A stretch of 64,000 nt of DNA from Octopus bimaculoides (lineage: Eukaryota). The stretch is taken from contig NC_068998.1 of the NCBI RefSeq assembly GCF_001194135.2, positions 23,647,180-23,711,179 of the forward strand, given 5' to 3'. Numbering within the stretch: the stretch's first letter is position 1; each line of letters begins with the position of its first letter. Both the position numbers and the translations under genes were made by a program. Of the stretch, positions 39,862 to 53,450 are shown piece after piece. The notes beneath the pieces were generated by a model, which searched no databases, was not told the DNA's origin, and saw only the letters and a program-made list of their open reading frames with translations.

Positions 39862-40007
39862 GTGTATGTGTATGTGTGTGTGTATGTGTGTGGATGTGTG
39901 TGTGGGTGTGTGTGTATACAGTGACCAGGACTGATGAACTTTTGACAGAATTGAAACCGATGACAACATCAGTAGGGCAAATACAGTCAGAAAATGTGTG
40001 TATAGAC

Positions 40008-40043
<36 letters not shown>

Positions 40044-41654
40044 TGAGAGAGAGTGAGTGAGTGAGAGAGTTGTTGGAGAGCAGTAGCTGTTACATATCTA
40101 TATACAGAGGTATATAGTGCGACAGCAAGTGTGTTTGAAATTATAACAGTATGTATGTTCTAACATAGCAACATTGGAGAAAATGTTGTTTCCTTTTTAC
40201 AAATAAACATACTTTTTTCCTGTTCCTGTGTTACCATTTATGAAATATATTTAATATATCATTGATTAACGTATCATTTTGCTTCAATAAATATATTCTA
40301 TTGATGTTACACTTTTAATTTAATGAAGCAGAAAATTCTTTTCCACATCAGTTACGTTTTAATAAAATGAAACGGTTCTTTAAATATTGCACAAAAAATA
40401 TTGAATTGAAGGAAAATCCGGAAGCACTAAGAATTTATATACACGACACATATATTGGGTTTGATGTAGCTTGTCTCAACAGATGTAGATTCATTCTACT
40501 TATGATTTTCTATACAATTTTATCATATTTTGAAACTCAACAACTATTAAATTTTTATTTCGAAAACATCCGGCGTTTAAAGTGTGTTCAACAATTCATT
40601 TTAAGGATAAATAACTTAAACACACTTCTATTGGTACAAGACGTATGTAATTTTAGAAAGAAATGATGTGCTATATATATAACTTTTATTCCTACAATTT
40701 TAATTATTTCTAATTTTTTTTTTTTTTTTTGGAAGGATCTGCCTTTAAATACTTCCGGTGTTCAAGCGATCGAATGTATGGTCTCAGGAAACAAATGTCT
40801 TCGTGGATCAGACTGCCATATTCTCCCCTTCCTGAGAAATTATGCCTCAGAGACGAAAAAATATTTTTTTTATGTATTTTTAATTATATTTTTTGTGTTT
40901 GTACTATACTTTATGCTATAGTAACTATAATAAATATAATAACTGGGATTTGTATTTGATTACAAATTTGTTTTTGTTACTGTACTTCAATGAAAAGCCA
41001 CCATTTATTATACAGCCTCAAAATAGAAGTGAACCTTCAGATGAATTACCTCATAGTTTTTGTCCAAAAAGACTGCGCCAAGATAAAAATGGTAGCAGAA
41101 GATTACTCTTGGGATGAAACCCAAATCAGTTTACTTGCGAAGTGAACTTCAAAGGCAATTAGTTCCACTGCAGAAGAGGTATAGTCTTATTTAGCTGATG
41201 CAGGCATTCATATTTACTAGATTGGCCAGCTATACACTCAGAACAGAAGCAATAACAAAATGTTTGGAAGCCACGATGTACCGTCTAGAAAATGACGGTA
41301 TTGTATAGTACTATGGCATTCTACTCTTGAGAAAAATAAGGGAAGCTTTATGGACGTTACTCTTCTCTCTTGATGTAAACTGTGAAAACAAAATTGTCTC
41401 GATTTCTATACGGGTTTTAAGATAAATTTAGTATCCAAGGACGTACCAGGCTGAATAGTTACTTTAGCTGCGTATCCTGTCAGCAATAGCTTGTTTTTTT
41501 TCTATCACGTTCGACCTCTTTCTGTGAAGATATATATTAGTCATAGAAATCAGGAATCGATTCACCAGTACCTTGTATAGTCTCGTTGTTGTTTACGGGA
41601 TGACAGTTGCTGTGTTTCAGTTAAAGTTTCAGAGATTATTTATGTTGAATTGAT

Positions 41655-41662
41655 TGAGACGC

Positions 41663-41706
<44 letters not shown>

Positions 41707-41707
41707 A

Positions 41708-41770
<63 letters not shown>

Positions 41771-41895
41771 GAAAGAGAGAGAAAGAGAGAGAAAGAGAGA
41801 GAAAGAGAGAGAAAGAGAGAGAGAGTAAATGAGGAGCGAGAGAGAGTAAATGAGGAGCGAGAGAGAGGGTGAGAGAGAAAGAGTGAGAGAGAGAC
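41655..41895. repeat. (GA)n-rich microsatellite (representative of many CA, TA and GA tracts across the window)
   Basis: Read directly. Other examples: 13285-13400, 32605-32690, 32880-32990, 35440-35680, 39620-39920, 45110-45250 and 53940-54030. Confidence 0.95.
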
Positions 41896-44596
41896 TGTCA
41901 AAGAAATAGCGAGAAAAGAACACGGTCTAGAAGGGGGACGGAAAATAAAGGAAAGAAAGAGAAGAGGGGGAGTTAGGGCAAGTGGGAGAGTGGAGTAACA
42001 GCAGGACAGCTGACGGCACTAAGAAGTTAAACCAAAAATAACAGTGAAATTTGTGAGATTTCACTGATCGATAAATTTGTTAAAGTTTCATTTGAATAAG
42101 TATACAGACTTGTATTCGATTGCGCATGTGCCTGATATTATGAGCTTATATTCGAGTTCAGAGATGGTTGCTGAATGATAGATAGAATGGTTAGGTTTCA
42201 CTTAGAAATCCTAACGTGTAGGTTTCGTTTCGAATGAGTTGCATTTGCGTATCATTTTTCACATACTCGGGTTTACTCAAGCTGTCTTCCGAACGAAATA
42301 GTCAAAACTGAAACTATGTCGGACTTATCAGATTTATTGTTCTTCTTCTCACTGCTATCAGCTTTCTTGCTTTTACCTCCGCACCTTCTTGCTTTTACTC
42401 TCCATCTCTTTCCTTTTCTTAGTCTGTATTTCTTTTCATTGCCTTCTCTCCCTTTTTCGAGCGTGTTGTCATTCTCTAAATGTAAGGGTGAGCCTTGTCA
42501 CACACTGTCCCCTACTGATTCGGCCTGGGATTAATTTTACGATGCCCGTCTCTGTGGAATGCCCAGCAACTTTGCACGCTAATGTATTGAGTATATACTT
42601 CAGCTACAAGACCGTTACATATGAGAAGTAAAGGATGTGAGAAAGCGTGTTTGTTTGCATACATGGATAATTCTATAAAGATGAAGACGGACTCATTGGC
42701 CTATCAATAACATAATACAACAAGTATGAGAAACAATGTTATTGCCTGATAGCATATATTATTAATAAAATAAAGATGGATGATGTTTGGAGGCAGAAGT
42801 TGTCTCCGATCTGAAAAATAACAAATTCCCTCGCTCATACATTTCATTATTCATTAATCTTTATTCATTATTATTTCGATGTTGCTTACCAAATTTTATT
42901 TTACCATAATTATTGATTTAGGTAAAGGCTGCTGTCAGTTCTAAGGGCGTAATTTTTATTAAATAAGATTTTCTTCAAATGCTTAATCGCATAAAGTAGC
43001 ACTAAATTCATTATTATAGGGAGAGAGAGAGAGAGAGAGAGAGAGTGTGTGTGTGTGTGTGTGTATGTGTGTGTGTGTGTATGTGTGTGTGTGTAAACAT
43101 ATGAGCTCCAAACATTCTCAATACAGAGAAAAGTAGCGCTCAAATGATTTGAGCTTACACTGTGAAACCTTTACTGAGTTCCAAGTACGCGGCGTAGACA
43201 ATAGCTATAAGAAGAATCCAGATGAGCAGATATGGAGATAACGATACAAATGAATTAATAATACTGTTTAGGTAAGATATACAAAATAAAAATAGATGTT
43301 TACATTTTAATAGCAAGAAAGCAAAGACTGAACAGTCTCAGATGATGGCTAATCAATTCTAAACATATAGATATTTCTATATCAGTTGGACAAGCTTACA
43401 CATGGTACAAAGTCGCAGAATATTAAAAGGCAAATGTTACAAGTCTGACAGCTGTTTCTGTGGTCTGGATTTACATGATAATGATGGCAAGTGTAGTTCA
43501 CAAAATTACGTAACCAGTAATTGAAGCAATAAACATTGGATATATCTGGCCTGCGTTTTCAGTGTGGAAAGATTAAAATCTAGCAATTCAAATGATGATG
43601 CAGGGAAATATAGTGGTAGAATGGCAGGAAAGGAGCCAAGCATCAGTGGAAGGAGGAACTAAGTAGCTCGATGGCTGTGCGGGGAATGTCGAAGCAAAGA
43701 AGGGCAAGAAGAGATAAGACAGTCAGTTCAGGAAGATGGAGGGGGTGACTGATCTGAGTAGAAGTAAAAGTAGAAAGTTGGTAGATAAATGGGACTGAGT
43801 AATATTTGAAGGGAATATATTGCTGTTTGGTTTAAGAAAATCCCTTAAACGTTAGGAATACTGGGGCTATGGTACTAAAATAATTTATGATAGTGAGAGA
43901 AGGGGTGAGCGAGTATTAGAGGAAGGGAAATGTTACAGTTATAGATGCTACTCGGGTGGCGAAAGGAGAATTCGAAGATTGAAAGTGGGTAGGCAAAAGA
44001 GGGTGAGTAATAAGGTATATAGAAATATATAAGAGAAAATAGTAAGAGGTAGGCAGGAGGATAGGTTGGTGGCGAATGTATTAGTAGGTAATGGTAAGTG
44101 GTTTTAGTTGAAGAGGAACCAGGAAGGGATGAGGAAATAATTGAACGTATTTGGATGGGCTAGATGTGGTTAGTAACAGGAATGTGCAAAGAAAACCTTA
44201 AGAAGGAATATTTAGTATAGAGTATATTTAGTAAAGTATTAGTGGAAGGGGTATGTTGTTAATGTGATTAAGGTATATCTTAAAGTTGATCGTAATCAAG
44301 ATTCATTGTAATTAAGCAATTACATAGATTGAACAGAATGGGTAGACGATGAATAAAATCTATGTTTGAATAAGAGGATTACATCTGATTATCTATGATG
44401 TAGTGAGAGGTTATAGTTGCGAAGGATGGTGCGCTATTCCATTAAACACATTTTAAGTGCGCCGAGTTAGAGTTGCGCAGAGTAAACCTCACTGACAATG
44501 GACATTGATAGGCATTAGGGAATATTTGGGGATTTGAAGTTGCATATATAAGTTGCAAAAGAGGTACATGCATACACACAACATGCACTCACACAG

Positions 44597-44628
<32 letters not shown>

Positions 44629-45117
44629 ACATGTATATATCCATGCATGAATATATGTATGGAAATATGAATAAGGTGTAATAATGAAGTCGAACCACAT
44701 AGTGATCGACTTCATTAGTACAACATGTACGACTCGATACCAGTACAAACCGACCAGTCCAGACTCAAATTATGTGGATAATCTAATTGTAATTTGGAGT
44801 ATTTGTTATATTTAATTCGAGTGGAAGACTGTGTCACCGGGCATCACTTCCTACTTAAGATGGATATGTATATATGTATATGTATATTTAGGAAACTAGT
44901 CTGTTAGAAAGTCACTCTTCGTGATAGAAGAAATATATGAACCAAAAACTATTGATTATGACCACTTTAATGTGGCTGTCCTCTAAGAGACGGCGAAACT
45001 CTCATTTAACCCCCAGGAAAGCATTTCCACCGGCTTGTTTATTCAATGCGATTTTTGCACCCGTTATTTATTACAAGCGGGCGATAACAAATGAAAAAGA
45101 AAAAAAAATAATATATA

Positions 45118-45212
<95 letters not shown>

Positions 45213-48200
45213 ATGTATGCATGTATGCATATATGTATGTTTGTGTGTATGTACCAATCATACATATATGTATGTACCAAATCAAGACACAAGGCTTTCG
45301 TCGGCGCAAGTCTACAGTTGAAGCTACTTACCCTAAGTGCCACGCCGTGACATTGAACTACTTCTTACGATATGGGCACATTTGGACGTATATTCATCCG
45401 TACATATATACGCAACTACAATTCTATACAGGTAGATAACTAGACCAAATATAAGTATATATGTGCTGCGGTACATATTTATATATTACTAGCAGAAATA
45501 CCCGGTGTTGCCTGGGTTAAATAAAACAATGTAATTTTAAAATTCCTCTTAGATATCTATCTAATATGGAACATAGACTACGCAGGTCTCACCTCCAAGT
45601 AGCTGTGATACGGACGTTATACATTAATAACTCGACATTTTCCAGGTTATTGTAATAATAACATTTAAGTATGTCTTCTAACTCTCTAAGTAAAATGAAA
45701 CATGGATAATGTAGTTCTCATCTATCAGCTGAGGTACCAACTATATGCATCAAAAGCATGTTTTTTTCTGATGTTCTCACTGTTGGAAGTATCAAGTTCA
45801 AGATTATCTTGGCAATTTCGGCTTGTTATAATCGAGATTGCTCCAATCTGGCCAGCCCCAAGGAAAAACTAAATTAAGAGCATTAGATTCCTTGGAAAAA
45901 AGCAGCGAATGTATACGAAAACAAGGACGGAGAAAACGTATATATATATATATATATATATATCAGATAACCAGAATAGACATGTCATTTCACCGATAAA
46001 TCAGGAAGAGCTGACATAGTTTTCAGCCAATTTTGAATTCCAAATGTATTTTATTGATCATGTAATGTGTAACCTTTAAAATATGTTGCAATATAATTAC
46101 AATGCCCTTTATGCGGAATGTGTTAGGCAAAGATAAATATATATCTGTTATCCTGACTTTCATATGACGTTATTCCTGTGTCTTAGAAAAAAAATAAAAC
46201 ATTCTTTTGCATCAATTTTACTCGTAGTTGCAACACTTGCACTTCACTAAAATGGCGAATGTATCATCAAATTACTTATCTTTCCCTTTGCTTCTATGTT
46301 TTAACTTTGTTTTCTTCGTTACCTCATTTGCCATTGGTGTTGTGTCTAATTGTTTCCACCAGTAAGCTCATTCTTTTGTGTCATTTGGGAAGGAAATAGT
46401 TTACGAAGTTGTAAATTGGGTAATATGTTGCGACTATTTTTATCTGCCAGCTTGTGCTCTGGATGATATATGCATGTTAATTCTAGATTGTGGAATTGTA
46501 GAAGCTGTTTCAGTGACGTTTTTTAAGTTCATTTGAGTGTTTCCGAAACCACGTGGACGTCACTGGTTTCCAAGTTTGTTTTAAAATATGAGCTTATATC
46601 GTCATGAATGATACTTCTGTGTTAAACTGGTTCCAGATGAAAGCACATATATTTTACTCCCTGTGAGTACCATAATTAACAGAAGAATAACTACAATTCA
46701 TAGTATAATCTTACGTCCCGAGTACAGGAATAGGAAGCACTTTACTTTTGGACTACATACTACAAAGCCTTTGTACTTCATCACCTTACAGTCTAATTCT
46801 ATACTTTAATTTCACATATCCTTATCAAACACGATTTTTTTACATCATTTTTGAAATCTAATAGTCAAACAATTAGAGAGATTCCCACAGGCATACATTT
46901 CCCGATCTCTTAAATCCTCTACAGTGTGGCTCTCACCGTTCTCAGATTTGAAGTTTTACGACGAAATTATCTTTTCTAAGCTATAAACTTCGTACTTGTT
47001 AGTGATTCTCCACATCAGACTTACATTCTGAAATACCCATGCCTTTAACAAGTTTACCCACATTTTATGAGTAAATTAATGAAGAAATAACTTACTAAAA
47101 TTACGTGTGGTAGGGAAATTTTATCAAGGTGGCAGGCTTTTTTGAGAAGGACATCTAATTAAATTCAATTTCCTTTAGAAGGTTATTTGAATATTTATAG
47201 TCACATAGGAAGGTGAGGGAAACCGTAGAAGGTAAGGCAAAAGAATGAACACTTTTTCAAGTATTTTAGTTTATCTATTTCTTACCAGAGCACTTTTGAA
47301 CACCTTCTTTCGGAATTCAACTAAACATAGCAAATCTTGTGAACGTTATTTTTTTATGCATACATCTGTCGAACATAAAATTCAAATTTCAGAAGCTGTT
47401 TGCTTCCAAATATACAAAATTAGGGTAACTGAATTAATAATGAAGTTTATTAAGCTTAATTTCAGGTTGTACTCATTATCCTAATATACAAATATTAGTT
47501 AATATCTGTTCGTTTAACAACTATGTGTTTGTTACATTTCTGTTTTACTTTGGATAAATTTAAATGGTAGTTTTCTGCCATCGTTTGATACACAGATTTG
47601 TCTTAACAAAAAGAAATACAATATGCCACACACATAGCAATAAGAAATCTGCTGGAATAGTTTTTGCAATTAAAAAGGAAATAGTTAACATACATGACCA
47701 CATATACGTTTCAATGAAATTTATTTGAAAATGTTGCCTAACAGATATATTATGTGCATTTTATTGATATATGATGAAGAACACAAATACATGAGAAAAC
47801 AAGGAGGCCTCACAAGAATAAGTACAACATACTGGCTCTGAAATCTTCAGTTAGTTCTTTGAATACCTTGAGGTGTGGTTTGATTTTGATAACAAATTTG
47901 TTTGGCATCTCATTATGAGATGCTAGCATCAATTAATGTCCTTAACGTCTTAATTGTTTCTTAATGATTTACTTTCAGAAGTCAAAATATATTTAATAAT
48001 TCATTAAATCATATTCTATTTCTACTTTCAATGTGTAAAATCAAAATGGTTTAACTTTTGAAACCGTAAAATTTGCTTTTCATTCTATATCAAGCGAAGG
48101 CAAAATATGTCAGCAATTTTAAAATTTGCAACATAACAATTTTATGTTTTTTTGCATTCATTGAAAAACATTGTCATGAAATGCATATTTCCAAAGAACC

Positions 48201-48789
48201 AGTTTCAGGTGTACTTTATTTCTAACAATGAAAATATCAAATGAAAGGGTACTTAAATAGATTAAGTGATTTTGGATAAGATTTTACACCGATATACTTT
48301 AACATAAAATAAACAGGCAAACATAAATGTGCACACTCAAGTGCATACACACACACAAACATATATTATGTGTGAGCTTGTGCAGTGCTGTGATGCCTTA
48401 TAAAGATACATTTTGAACTTGATGATTCATATTTCAGTAACAGAATAGCTAATCTAAGAATAATCAAACATTTTAAGTAATGTAAAATTGTTGCTGTATG
48501 AAAGCAAGATGATTATAAAGCCTCGGCAAGCGAATTCAAAAAATATAAAAGAAAGCAGTAATAAGATGAGAAAAGGCAGCGAGGAAAAGTAAAATGGAAG
48601 ATAGAAAGAACAACAAGAAAACAGAAATGAAAAAGGGAATAGTTTGAAAATAGAGAGAGCAAAAACTTGATAAATAGGCTTCAGAATTGTAGTACTAAAA
48701 TTAGTTTAGTAATGACAGCCAATAAATTATTAACGCAGACAATTATATATTAATTCATAGGAAATCGCACATATATGCAAGCATAATTA

Positions 48790-48843
<54 letters not shown>

Positions 48844-48954
48844 TATAAGTAATTTGATAGCGATGAATGTCAAAATCCAGCCCTCCACCTATCACTATTA
48901 TTTGCACAATTTGGTGACGTTTTTTTCCTTTTGTGGACCGTAGGTACATCAATA

Positions 48955-50226
48955 ATGAAAGTATTGAAATTCGTTTTAATATTAGGAAAGGCATTGTAAA
49001 AACCATATTCCGAAGTATGTGTCAAATCTGAAAACGACAGAAATGAAGGACTTTTGAGAAAGTAAGATGCGGAATGTAAACGGCGTTCCAATAGGCGGTA
49101 AACGGATTGCCGTCACGATGCTTAACGAAAACGTCTGAAAATATACCTCGATGCAGAATTATAACGATGGAAATTCTTCTGCGAACTAAATCCTAAGTAA
49201 TGCAAGACATTTTAGTGTTATATCGATTTAATCTAGCAATTCATATCTTGGCATGCAAACACTGAAAATATGTTAACACAAGAAAAATCAGAAAATATTC
49301 GCACGAGAGCAACTTGCACCTGATATTATAGGGAAACCTCAGACGCATGGAGAGCAATTAGATACGAGTGAAGGGATTCGTGACATTATCTAGACATGGT
49401 TCGCTGAATCATGAGGCACAATGTGGTTAGACCTACCTCTAACTTCAACTCAAATATTAATTTATTATACAAATACAAATCAACAGAAAACAAAACAGAG
49501 TGCAGAGAAATCCATTGGTGTAGGTAGTAGTTAGGCGTAGAAAGATTTAATCTGGTCAATTTATGAAATTCTAGTTTTCGTTGAGAAAATGTAAACGTTT
49601 TGTAAACGTTTGATGTCTTAACGCTCAAAGAATTAGTAGACACATGAATGATTTCAAGCACATTTCTCAAAATGAAGTTTGATTATTGAAGATCTGCTAC
49701 TTGATGTTTCAAATATACGCAATATTCTTTCAATGATATAACTGCACAGTTGTACTGTTATATCCATATGATCCCCAGAAATGTTTGATCGAAGTAATGT
49801 TGTTTATATTGACTTTTCCCATAATTAAATACTATTTCCGGATTACCTCAGGGTGTGTTTCTTGTGCATGTGGTTACCACTGTATATGTAATCGCTTCAG
49901 CATTATATAATTGAATGAGGTTCCTATTATATTTGCATCTGCAAATTGCATCAATTAATTTACAAGTGTTAGAAATAAATGAATATTATCGTCATATAAA
50001 TAATACAACTGCAATTAAGTTTGATACTCTTTATGCATTGTTAGTAGAGAAAGGAAATACTGTTGAGATAAATTCAAGCACGACTATTTCAATCATATCT
50101 TTAGGTTCAGAAATATCAAATAGAAGAATGTAATAAAATTCTTCATTTAAAAAGAGAAATTTCGTAACAATAAGTCTTAAGCAATTAGAATATTTTAGTT
50201 TACGAAAGAACGTAATAAGATTTTGA
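48955..50226 (+). pseudogene. Disabled leucine-rich-repeat (Toll-like-receptor-type) ectodomain gene
   Basis: Acceptor-like tttttttccttttgtggaccgtag (48943), then ATG 48955 MKVLKFVLILG (signal-like). LRRNT-like ECK...TDCRHD/LTKTSENIP. LRR-like SNSYLGMQTLKI, LAPDIIGKPQTHGEQLD, LHSCTVISI*SPEMFDRSNVVYIDFSHN*I, LPQGVF, LQVLEI and ISLKQLEYFSLRKNVI. Numerous stops and frameshifts. No TM or TIR seen. Confidence 0.6.
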
Positions 50227-51703
50227 TGATATAACACTGTGTAACAAAAGTTTCATTTATGTATTCGGCTTTTGGTCAGTAAGTGTTTTTTTTTTAATAT
50301 TTGCTTTTATTTAGAATCAAAGGAAATGAGTACTATTCACTCCGGTGACTTGGGCATCAACGGTTTGAGACTGACCTATTTTCCATTACATTTCAGATAG
50401 ATTCAACACCGAGTTGATGAAGCAGAAATATGGTTATAGCAAATTTTCTGCCCAGTACTACTTGTTTGCTTGTCAGTTGCTTGGCCTTTACAACTTGAAC
50501 ACGTCTGTTAGTCGCTGACAATATGTGTATCTCTGATCTTGAGCAGGAGTAGTAGGGAGCATTACAGACATCTGTTGAGTGGGATTCTTTGGGGTTTGAA
50601 TAAATCTAAGAAAAGCAACGTTTGAAAGAAACATTAACCCTTTTTCATACTTTCTAAGGGTAAGTAAATACGAAATGACAGTTGTTACCCAGGATAAAAC
50701 TCGTGTTACACAGTGACATACAGTAGCAAGTGTGGTGGTGAATTTAACAGAATAAATATTTTTCTACTAATGTGTTTCATTAAGTTTTCAAAAGACAATT
50801 TGGGAATCTAAATGTTATAATGATTTATGAAACGTTTGGCTGAGTTTGCTTTAAATTTGCTGCTGAATTGCTGATTATATGATAGAAATAAGCAATGAGT
50901 CATTTGCGTGTAATGGATGTTTTTATTCCAAATGTACTAATTATATGCAGAAGGTACTTATATGAATATATCTTAACTATATTCTTTGGGATATTGGAAT
51001 ATGGCCAGCGCCTGATTTCTTTAAAATTTGAAATCTAAAATTGTAAATTCGATATCAATTGCTTCTAAGATATAGACTCCCTCAACATATCATATCTCAG
51101 AGCTATCCTACGAAATCCCCGGAAACGTTAATGGTATACAGATGAGAACATTTTTAATAAACATAGATATAAAAATGGTTCAATAGAAACAATCAAAATG
51201 CTGTTAATTTTTCTAATACTGATATAAGAATCTAAATAATTATAAAACAAAAAGGAAACGATCAATTGTGGCTAATTCCTCTTACATATGCCATGCTCAC
51301 AGTTGTCGGTGGGATATGAAGCTCCACTGCATCCTTTCTCAATTACCAAATTAATGCCTAACAACTTCAACACAGATATGTACAAAGAAAGAACGGAGAA
51401 TGTTTCTGCAATAATCTCTTAAGTGAACTTCACAAACTTAGGTGCACTTAGTGCATTTATCAGTATCAATAGCCATTAATGTATGATCTCTTCTATTTTG
51501 AAAAACGTTTAACATTGTTCATGAACTTATCTCTATAGAGAGAAGGTTTATAAATAGGTGTGTAAGATTCAGTGTTCATAAAGAATAATTTTATTTTTTT
51601 AAAGGAGAGTCAATCCACCTACTGTATAACGTCTGGCGTTTAGCAAAATTTCATATTTAACTATGTTCACAGCCTCTGTACGCATAGAAATGCTGAAAGT
51701 AAT

Positions 51704-51716
51704 GTCATCATCATCG

Positions 51717-51798
<82 letters not shown>

Positions 51799-51800
51799 TA

Positions 51801-51840
<40 letters not shown>

Positions 51841-51909
51841 CACTATTATTATTACTACTACTACTACTACTACTACTACTATTACTACTACTACTACTAC
51901 TACTACTAC

Positions 51910-51972
<63 letters not shown>
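51704..51972. repeat. Compound trinucleotide microsatellite (CAT)n-(TAT)n-(TAC)n-(TAT)n
   Basis: Read directly. It generates the spurious poly-N/S/D, poly-L and poly-I/V ORFs at 51599-52078. Confidence 0.95.
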
Positions 51973-52755
51973 CTGCAGCCAATTCTGGTTCTCTTTCTTG
52001 CCGAGTGTCTTCCTGACACCTACGGCGGAGAAACGCACTGTATACATTGATAAAGACAATCTTTTGCACTTCCTGCATGGATAGTAAGCCTGGAATTATT
52101 CTTAAAAAACAATTCAGTTCCTTTTATATCATTCCAATTGCTCTTACAATCACTGGTATTATAACCGTCTTCAGATGCCATATCTTTCCGATTTCGATTT
52201 ACAAATAGTTATATTTTCTGAGCTTATCAAATTCTTTTGCCGAGATATTATGATGACAGGTTACGCTCATGTCAATCAGTAGACAGACGTTATTGTGTTC
52301 GTCTGTTACAACAATATCTGGGTTGTTTGCATTGATGGTCCGGTCTGTACATACTGGAAAGTCCCAAAGAATCGTTACTTTTTCTCCCTCAAATACAGAT
52401 TCAGGGTGGTGCTTCTACCATTTGTAGCAGCTTTATTTTATAATGCCGATTCATTATCCACTGCAGATATTGGCTAAATCTGTCATGTCTTGATTTGTAC
52501 TCTACAAGACTTAAAGCCTTACAACCAGAGATTACGCGGTCCACTGTTTCAATCCTATTGTTGTAGTATTGACACTTTGGGTCTACAATATTTTTCGTCA
52601 CATTTGCTTGATGGTTCCGGGTCAATAAGCTCTGATCTTGACCAGCCAAGATAAAGCCTTTACTCTCTCCTTTTAGCCCTATGCTCCGTAGCTACTAGTG
52701 GGTGTGATTCTGGTCTACAACAGCTTATTTGGTACGGCACACATATTTCCTATTT
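51973..52755 (-). mobile_element. 5'-truncated RLE non-LTR retrotransposon (R4/Dong-like), lineage C
   Basis: LRSIGLKGESKGFILAGQDQSLLTRN..; DPKCQYYNNRIETVDRVISGC..EYKSRHD; TILWDFPVCTDRTINANNPDIVV..CLLIDMSV; IWHLKTVIIPVIV..MQEVQKIVF. The 3' end runs into (TAA)n. Confidence 0.85.
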
Positions 52756-52867
52756 ATTATTGCATTCCAGAGTATTTTGAAATTCTAATTTTCGGTGACA
52801 CCTTCTGGAGTTTTCTCATACCAGGTGATTTCCGCAGACTTTCCACTTGATTATTGTTGTTGTTGTT

Positions 52868-52920
<53 letters not shown>

Positions 52921-53364
52921 TTGTGGTTTTCTTTCACTACAACTTTATATTAGCTGCCTTAGTACGTGGTATCCTCCGGACACTAAGTGTAGCAAAGGCA
53001 TTTTTGTTTTGCTATGCATGCTAAAATTATCACCACATGTATCCCATTTTAGATGGAGCGTGCTTTTCGTAGTATATAGGCTTTACCCGTCAAGGTTATC
53101 TTTTGGAGTTCACGGAGATTGGAGTTACCAGGGAATTGCTTCATGTACTTCTCAGATCCCTTCTCTATCATACCCAACGCACCAATTACTATTGGTATTA
53201 TCGTAGTACTGTGATTCCACATTTTTGTGATTGCAATTTGCAGATCTTTATAGTGAGAAGCTTTCCTTATTCCTTTCCTGCGACAATTTGATATTGGTGG
53301 ACAGACATAGCCATTAACAGACAAGCTCCTCTGTTGTAGATCTTGATCACAATATCTGCTCCAT
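52921..53364 (-). mobile_element. 5'-truncated RLE non-LTR retrotransposon (R4/Dong-like), lineage D (closer to A)
   Basis: ADIVIK..CLLMAMSV..; HYKDLQIAITKMWNHSTTIIPIVIGALGMIEKGSEKY..LRELQKITLTGKAYILRKARSI*. The 3' UTR ends in (GAT)n at 52866-52920. Confidence 0.85.
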
Positions 53365-53366
53365 TG

Positions 53367-53423
53367 GAGTCATCTTGGGGTTAGTATCCCGCGCTCTTAA
53401 CCACTACGCCATATGCCCACGGG
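53367..53423 (-). mobile_element. Truncated tRNA-derived SINE head
   Basis: The minus strand reads gggcatatggcgtagtggttaagagcgcgggatactaaccccaag (A-box and anticodon-arm-like); no B-box or acceptor stem, so not a tRNA gene. Confidence 0.55.
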
Positions 53424-53450
53424 TATATTTATCATTCTTATCATTATTAT

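Noticed and set aside
40985-41120. Ig I-set-like start (EKPPFIIQPQNRS...SFC)
   Set aside because: No in-frame conserved Trp or second Cys, and no convincing splice sites; likely chance.
46200-47500. Possible Polinton DNA polymerase B remnants (SLIY, LPIPVLG, GSKI)
   Set aside because: The motifs are weak, out of the expected order and surrounded by stops in all frames.
51599-52078. Poly-N/S/D, poly-L and poly-I/V/M ORFs, and similar ones at 56437-56892 and 19421-19858
   Set aside because: These are translations of trinucleotide microsatellites. The unique leader MQEVQKIVF is the end of a decayed RLE element.
53367-53423. tRNA gene
   Set aside because: Only a 5' half with no T-arm or acceptor stem; SINE-derived. 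Family-1 heads likewise are not true tRNAs.
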